Assembly: GCA_050125095.1 (NCBI GenBank)
Contig: JASFEA010000107.1
Coordinates: 1-10,779 of the forward strand
Length of the DNA: 10,779 nucleotides
From: a bacterium
GTDB taxonomy: Bacteria; Arandabacterota; Arandabacteria; Arandabacterales; JALGWA01
Direction: 5' to 3'
Below the pieces are notes generated by a model, which did no database searches, had not been told where the DNA came from, and worked only from the letters and a program-made list of their open reading frames with translations. This document shows, piece by piece, positions 6,665-10,779 of this stretch. A program made the translations under genes and the position numbers. Within the stretch, counting starts at the first letter, position 1, and every line of letters starts with the position of its first letter.

Positions 6665-8788
6665 ATGAAAGCTGGTCTTGCGTTATCAGCTTTGGTTCTC
6701 CTCATCTTCGGTGTTTGCCATGGAGGTGTGGCTAAAGCACCCGATGGGGTTGAATTCACGTACTACGACCCGGCGGCGTTTTCGGTATCGCTCGCCGGCA
6801 ACTTCAACAACTGGGACGTCAACGCGACGCCCATGGTCAAGGACGAAGAGGGGACGTGGAGGGTCGTGGTACAGCTGGAGCCCGGGGATTACGAATACAA
6901 GTACGTCGTGAACGGCGGCGACTGGAAGGTCGACCCCGACAATCCCAACGTGGTGGGGGATTACGGCAATTCGGGCGTCACCGTAAACGAAGAGGGCGAG
7001 CCCGAGCTTGAGAAGCCAAAGGGCGGGATAGAGCTCATCTCCAACACGCCCGTTAACTCGCGCGTGCTTCTGACAGGATGGTACCGGGGCACCTTCGCCG
7101 CCAGGAAGAACGTCCTCGGCGACGTGAGGTGGAGGTTCACGCGCCCGCGCCATGAGATGTACCTGAGCGTCAATCCGACCGTAGGCAAGAACGTCAAGGG
7201 TTCCGGGACGCTTCGCATAGACAGCGGCGTGGGCGATATCCGCGAGATAAGGGCCGACTTCTATTCCGGGTGGCTCGACTTCGAGTCCGAGATGTTCGGA
7301 GTCACAGGCTATTACAATGAAGAGATGATAGCCTACGACAACCCGCTTGAGTCGGTCGGCAACATCGATCTCGGCGGTACATGGCAGAAGGACGACATCA
7401 AATACGGGCGCGGCAACCAGGGCGTAATACTCGACCTCCGGCTGGGCCCGACGGACAGCCGTTTCCTCTACGCCAACACGTATGAAAAGGACATTTACAA
7501 CAATCCGGTGAGATGGGTTTACAACTCCGGGACAGAGGACTACGACTCTTACTTCCGTTACGACAACACCGGCACCGATCTCCTCGGCCTGAGGACCGGG
7601 TTCGGCGTGGCCGGGGCGGACGTGGGCGTGACCTTCACTTCCGAGAGGAACGGATGGTGGGTGGGCTTTGAGGAGGAGAACGTGCTCGACCCCTACCTCG
7701 AGGACTACCGGGACAGGACGGGCGATGAAGGGAGCACCTGGTTCGAGGCGGCAACGTCACGGTGGCAGCTGGGCGCCGACGTAAGGTACGACCACGGAAA
7801 TTGGCTTTCGGTATTCGGCGAATTCGCCGGAGACTCCTACTGGAACGGGTGGGACGCAGCCAACCGGGTGCGCAAGCAGGGCGACCAGCTCGTCGACGGG
7901 GCCATTGAAGTCAAGATCGGCGAGGAAGACGGCTACCGGTTCAAGGCCGGCCTGGACGCCGACAAACAGACTTACGGCTTCAGGGCGTCCTATGAGCTGG
8001 CCGACTTCAGCGGCATGGAGGCCGAGAACCTCTACATGACCGCCGAGCAGATTCCCTTCGAGGACATCGACTCGAGGCTGTGGCCCTATTACGGGCCGCC
8101 GCTGCTGGAGGAGTCGACATACGTGCGCACGTACGTGAAGGTGAACGGTGTTGACGAGTTCTACATCTACCAGCACAATCCCCTTCCCGAGAGGCATGCC
8201 GGCCTCGGCGAGTTCGACCTCTGGTTCAAGAACCGGGGGCTCGACTTCGGCCTCGAGTTCGATATACGCGGATCCGAATGGACCGACCCCGTGAGCGAGA
8301 CAAAGACCAGCAACACCTGGCTCAGGATCGTCCCTTATGTCAGGGGCGACCTCTTCGGCGAGAGGATGGACTATGATCTCGCCTATGTGAGCACCGGTAA
8401 CAACCTGCACGGCCGGATGCCGTCGGAGTTCGACCTCGGGGAGCTGATCCTGAAGGGCGACGTGGGTATTAACAAGAACTGGTCGGTTTATTATAATCTC
8501 AGGTGGGCGGATTATGACTGGACGGAGGGCGGCCGCGATATGAGCGAGAGCTTCATCAATCCGCATGTGGCCCTGGTCTGGAGCCCCATGCCCAAGGTCG
8601 AGATAAGGTTCGGCTGGGGCGTCAATCCGCTCTACTATATCGACACTCCGGCCGAGGGCCGGGAGATCGGCCGCGAGAGGTGGAGGACAAGTTACATGTG
8701 GGTGAACCCGCATGACTCCCTCATAACGGCCGAGAAGGAAATGGAGAATATCAAGGTTGTGTCGCTCATGGGAGTGATAGCCTTTTAG
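6665..8788 (+). CDS. Secreted protein (707 aa) with an N-terminal CBM48/AMPK1_CBM glycogen-binding domain fused to a predicted outer-membrane beta-barrel
   Basis: Start reassigned from 6485 to ATG 6665 (GGAGG at 8 nt, signal peptide MKAGLALSALVLLIFGVCHG); ATG 6650 is an alternative. CBM48 at ~6743-6985: VEFTY..VSLAGNFNNW..PMVKDEEGTW..LEPGDYEYKYVVNG..WKVDPDNP. The remainder has amphipathic strands (WQLGADVRY, YRFKAGLD, FGLEFDIR, VEIRFGWG) and ends in SLMGVIAF. Confidence 0.82.
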   Translation: MKAGLALSALVLLIFGVCHGGVAKAPDGVEFTYYDPAAFSVSLAGNFNNWDVNATPMVKDEEGTWRVVVQLEPGDYEYKYVVNGGDWKVDPDNPNVVGDYGNSGVTVNEEGEPELEKPKGGIELISNTPVNSRVLLTGWYRGTFAARKNVLGDVRWRFTRPRHEMYLSVNPTVGKNVKGSGTLRIDSGVGDIREIRADFYSGWLDFESEMFGVTGYYNEEMIAYDNPLESVGNIDLGGTWQKDDIKYGRGNQGVILDLRLGPTDSRFLYANTYEKDIYNNPVRWVYNSGTEDYDSYFRYDNTGTDLLGLRTGFGVAGADVGVTFTSERNGWWVGFEEENVLDPYLEDYRDRTGDEGSTWFEAATSRWQLGADVRYDHGNWLSVFGEFAGDSYWNGWDAANRVRKQGDQLVDGAIEVKIGEEDGYRFKAGLDADKQTYGFRASYELADFSGMEAENLYMTAEQIPFEDIDSRLWPYYGPPLLEESTYVRTYVKVNGVDEFYIYQHNPLPERHAGLGEFDLWFKNRGLDFGLEFDIRGSEWTDPVSETKTSNTWLRIVPYVRGDLFGERMDYDLAYVSTGNNLHGRMPSEFDLGELILKGDVGINKNWSVYYNLRWADYDWTEGGRDMSESFINPHVALVWSPMPKVEIRFGWGVNPLYYIDTPAEGREIGRERWRTSYMWVNPHDSLITAEKEMENIKVVSLMGVIAF

Positions 8789-8793
8789 GGGGT
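8787..8793 (+). promoter_or_regulatory. Shine-Dalgarno-like site (AGGGGGT) for the lipoprotein gene
   Basis: Lies 7 nt upstream of ATG 8801. Confidence 0.5.
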
Positions 8794-8800
8794 TCGCCGA

Positions 8801-9886
8801 ATGAGGATGCGACTCAAGGTGCTGATTGCGCTTTCGGCTGTTGTCATGCTTGCGCTCGGCTGCACTTCGGCCCGCAGAATCGTGCGAGACAGGCTGCCTC
8901 CCCCGCATGAGGTCGAAGGCGGCATACTGTTCAGCTATTCGGCGCCGGCGGCCCGGATGGTGACTCTGGCGGGCCAGTTCAATAACTGGGCCGGCACGCA
9001 GGGCGGAGGCCGGTACGACCCGACCATCGACCCGATGAGCGACGAGGACGGGGACGGCATCTGGACCATCGTCAAGCCTCTGCCGCCCGGAAGATACCAG
9101 TACAAGTTCGTTATCGACAACGGCGCCGTCTGGGAGCTCGATCCAAGTAACGCCCTCACCGGCGAGGAGGGCGGCTTCACCAACTCGCTGCTTATCGTCC
9201 CCGATGACATAGCTTACACGCCCAGTGTCGTGACGGGCATGGAGCTGCCCGGCACGCTCGACAGGGGCGCCAAGAAGCCCGCCAAACAGGAAGTCACGCT
9301 GGAGCTGGACCGGCCGGACGCCGAGAAGGTCCACGTGGCCGGTCAGTTTAACGAATGGAAGGCCGACGATATAGAGCTCAAGAAGGGCGCGGACGGCATA
9401 TGGCGGACGACGCTCACTCTTGAACCGGGAACCTATACGTACAAGTTCATAGTCAACGGCCAGGACTGGATCGAAGACCCGGCCAATCCCGACAAGGTGC
9501 CCGACCCCTACGGCGGTCACAATTCCCTGCTAACGGTGGGAGCGGGCACTTCCGCCGTCGAGCCCAAAAAGAAAGAGAAGCCCCCGGCCGCCGAGAAACC
9601 CGCTCAAGAGGCCAGAGTGTATCCCGCCGGGGAAGTCGTCATTGAGCTCGACCGGCCCGACGCCGATTTCGTGCACGTTGCCGGGGAGTTCAACGACTGG
9701 AAGCCCGACGACATCGCGCTTACGAAGGGCGACGACGGCATATGGAGAACCACGCTCGACCTCGAGGCCGGAAGGTACGAATACAAATTCATAGTCAACG
9801 GCCAGGACTGGATCGAAGACCCGGCCAATCCCGACAAGGTGCCCGACCCCTACGGCGGAAACAACTCAGTACTGACCGTGGAGTAG
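8801..9886 (+). CDS. Lipoprotein with three CBM48/AMPK-beta-type glycogen-binding domains (non-catalytic)
   Basis: Basic N-region, hydrophobic core and lipobox LALG-C (Cys21, nt 8861). Three copies of AG-x-FN-x-W..G-IW..L-x-x-G-x-Y-x-YKF-x-x-x-G..W-x-x-DP-x-N at ~8918-9198, 9290-9538 and 9632-9880, joined by Lys/Pro/Glu-rich linkers. Confidence 0.88.
   Translation: MRMRLKVLIALSAVVMLALGCTSARRIVRDRLPPPHEVEGGILFSYSAPAARMVTLAGQFNNWAGTQGGGRYDPTIDPMSDEDGDGIWTIVKPLPPGRYQYKFVIDNGAVWELDPSNALTGEEGGFTNSLLIVPDDIAYTPSVVTGMELPGTLDRGAKKPAKQEVTLELDRPDAEKVHVAGQFNEWKADDIELKKGADGIWRTTLTLEPGTYTYKFIVNGQDWIEDPANPDKVPDPYGGHNSLLTVGAGTSAVEPKKKEKPPAAEKPAQEARVYPAGEVVIELDRPDADFVHVAGEFNDWKPDDIALTKGDDGIWRTTLDLEAGRYEYKFIVNGQDWIEDPANPDKVPDPYGGNNSVLTVE
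9290..9880 (+). repeat. Intragenic direct duplication (two ~249-nt CBM48 units, offset 342 nt) containing an exact 71-nt repeat
   Basis: 9290-9538 aligns without gaps to 9632-9880. 9446-9516 is identical to 9788-9858 (ttcatagtcaacggccagg...gacccctacggcgg). Confidence 0.95.
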
Positions 9887-9893
9887 GTGGGGG

Positions 9894-10779
9894 ATGAAGG
9901 CTTCCCTCAAAGGCAACCTGACGACGGCAGCCTTCCTCGCGCCGTTCCTTTTCATTTTCGCCTTGTTCCTGACGTATCCCCTGTTCTATTCCTTTTACCT
10001 CAGCCTCAACAAGGTAACCACGCTGGTCAACGTGTTCGAGAACCTGAAGTTCGTGGGCCTCGACAATTTCATAAAGCTCTTCCATGACAAGCTCTTCTGG
10101 TGGTCGCTTCTCATGACTCTCTACTACGCCGCCCTGGCGGTGCCCCTGGGGATCGCGAGCGCGCTGCTGCTTGCCGTGCTCATCAACAACAAGCTCAAAC
10201 TCAACAGGCTGTTCCGCACGGCTTTCTTTCTCCCCTATGTGCTGGACCTCTTCGTCGTCAGCGTCGTATGGACGTTCATCTACAGCCCTCACTTCGGCAT
10301 ATTGAACAGGATATTCGAGAGCGTCGGTATTCACTATTTCGCCGAGCAGGGATTCCTGGGCCGGCCGGAGACGGCGATGCCGGCGGTGGTCCTGGTAAAC
10401 GTGCTTAAGGGAGCGGGCTTCGGCATGCTGCTCTACCTGGCGGCGCTTCAGAACATACCGGTTGAGGTCTACGAGGCGGCGGACATCGACGGCGCGGGCT
10501 GGTGGCGTAAACTCCGCAGCATCACGATGCCGCTTCTCAAGCCCGTTACGCTTTTCATGATAATCGTCGGAGTCACGGCGGCGCTCAATGCATTCGTCGA
10601 GGTCTACGCGATGACCAGCGGCGGTCCGAGCGTCAATGTGGGGGAGCAGGCATACGGTGCGACATGGGTGACGGGCTACTACCTGTTCGACACCTTCTAC
10701 GTGAAGCTCAAGCTCGGATATGCGGCGGCGATGTCGTACGTGCTGCTCTTCCTGGCCGTCACGATCTCGCTCATAAACT
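9894..10779 (+). CDS. Carbohydrate ABC transporter permease, CUT1 family (MalF/UgpA/LacF-type), 3'-truncated
   Basis: Absent from the supplied track because it has no stop in the window. Manual translation from ATG 9894 (AGGTGG upstream): MKASLKGNLTTAAFLAPFLFIFALFLTYPLFYSFYLSL..KFVGLDNFIKLFHD..FRTAFFLPYV..GILN..LYLAALQNIPVEVYEAADIDGAGWWRKLRSITMPLLKP..MTSGGP..LGYAAAMS. It has a clear EAA motif and several transmembrane helices. Confidence 0.95.
   Translation, partial: MKASLKGNLTTAAFLAPFLFIFALFLTYPLFYSFYLSLNKVTTLVNVFENLKFVGLDNFIKLFHDKLFWWSLLMTLYYAALAVPLGIASALLLAVLINNKLKLNRLFRTAFFLPYVLDLFVVSVVWTFIYSPHFGILNRIFESVGIHYFAEQGFLGRPETAMPAVVLVNVLKGAGFGMLLYLAALQNIPVEVYEAADIDGAGWWRKLRSITMPLLKPVTLFMIIVGVTAALNAFVEVYAMTSGGPSVNVGEQAYGATWVTGYYLFDTFYVKLKLGYAAAMSYVLLFLAVTISLIN

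Noticed and set aside
251-7218. Other short overlapping ORFs on both strands
   Set aside because: All lie within or across long, motif-supported genes, have Arg/Pro/Ser-biased shadow composition and show no independent signals.
5172-8788. Calling the barrels SusC/TonB-dependent receptors or LamB
   Set aside because: No plug or TonB-box motifs were recognised, the 492-aa protein is too short for a TonB-dependent receptor, and no LamB signature was seen. They are left unassigned pending an HMM search.
7757-9520. 587-aa antisense ORF
   Set aside because: It is in exact codon register with two well-supported + strand genes that share a frame. This is the expected shadow when TTA/CTA/TCA codons are rare in a GC-rich genome, and it has no recognisable motifs.
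9446-9858. 71-nt repeat as a CRISPR array or mobile-element end
   Set aside because: There are only two copies, in frame inside duplicated protein domains, with no spacers, cas genes or transposase.
9795-10408. Track ORFs 9795..10334 (-), 9887..10087 (+) and 10100..10408 (+)
   Set aside because: They are off-frame or antisense shadows of the ABC permease starting at 9894.
1-10779. Promoters, intrinsic terminators and RNA genes
   Set aside because: Intergenic gaps are at most 14 nt, and no convincing hairpin with U-tract or tRNA/rRNA-like sequence was seen.

Overview
GC-rich bacterial window that is almost entirely coding on the + strand. It is the middle of one tightly packed operon (gaps of 7-14 nt, each downstream gene with a Shine-Dalgarno-like site), truncated at both ends. 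Gene order: (1) the last 1425 aa of a very large, acidic secreted multidomain protein with Ig-like repeats, DOMON-like glucodextranase/amylopullulanase-type domains and a C-terminal FlgD-Ig/T9SS-type sorting domain; (2) a PorV/UPF0164-like outer-membrane barrel; (3) an uncharacterised outer-membrane beta-barrel; (4) an apparently paralogous barrel fused to an N-terminal CBM48/AMPK-beta-type glycogen-binding domain; (5) a lipoprotein made of three CBM48-like domains; (6) a CUT1 (MalF/UgpA-type) sugar ABC permease that the supplied ORF track missed. The best reading is an alpha-glucan (starch/glycogen/maltodextrin) capture and uptake locus of a diderm bacterium with T9SS-like secretion, using unfamiliar barrels and an ABC transporter, with no SusC/SusD in view. 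All family calls come from motif recognition by eye, not database searches. No RNA genes, CRISPR arrays, mobile elements, promoters or terminators were found.
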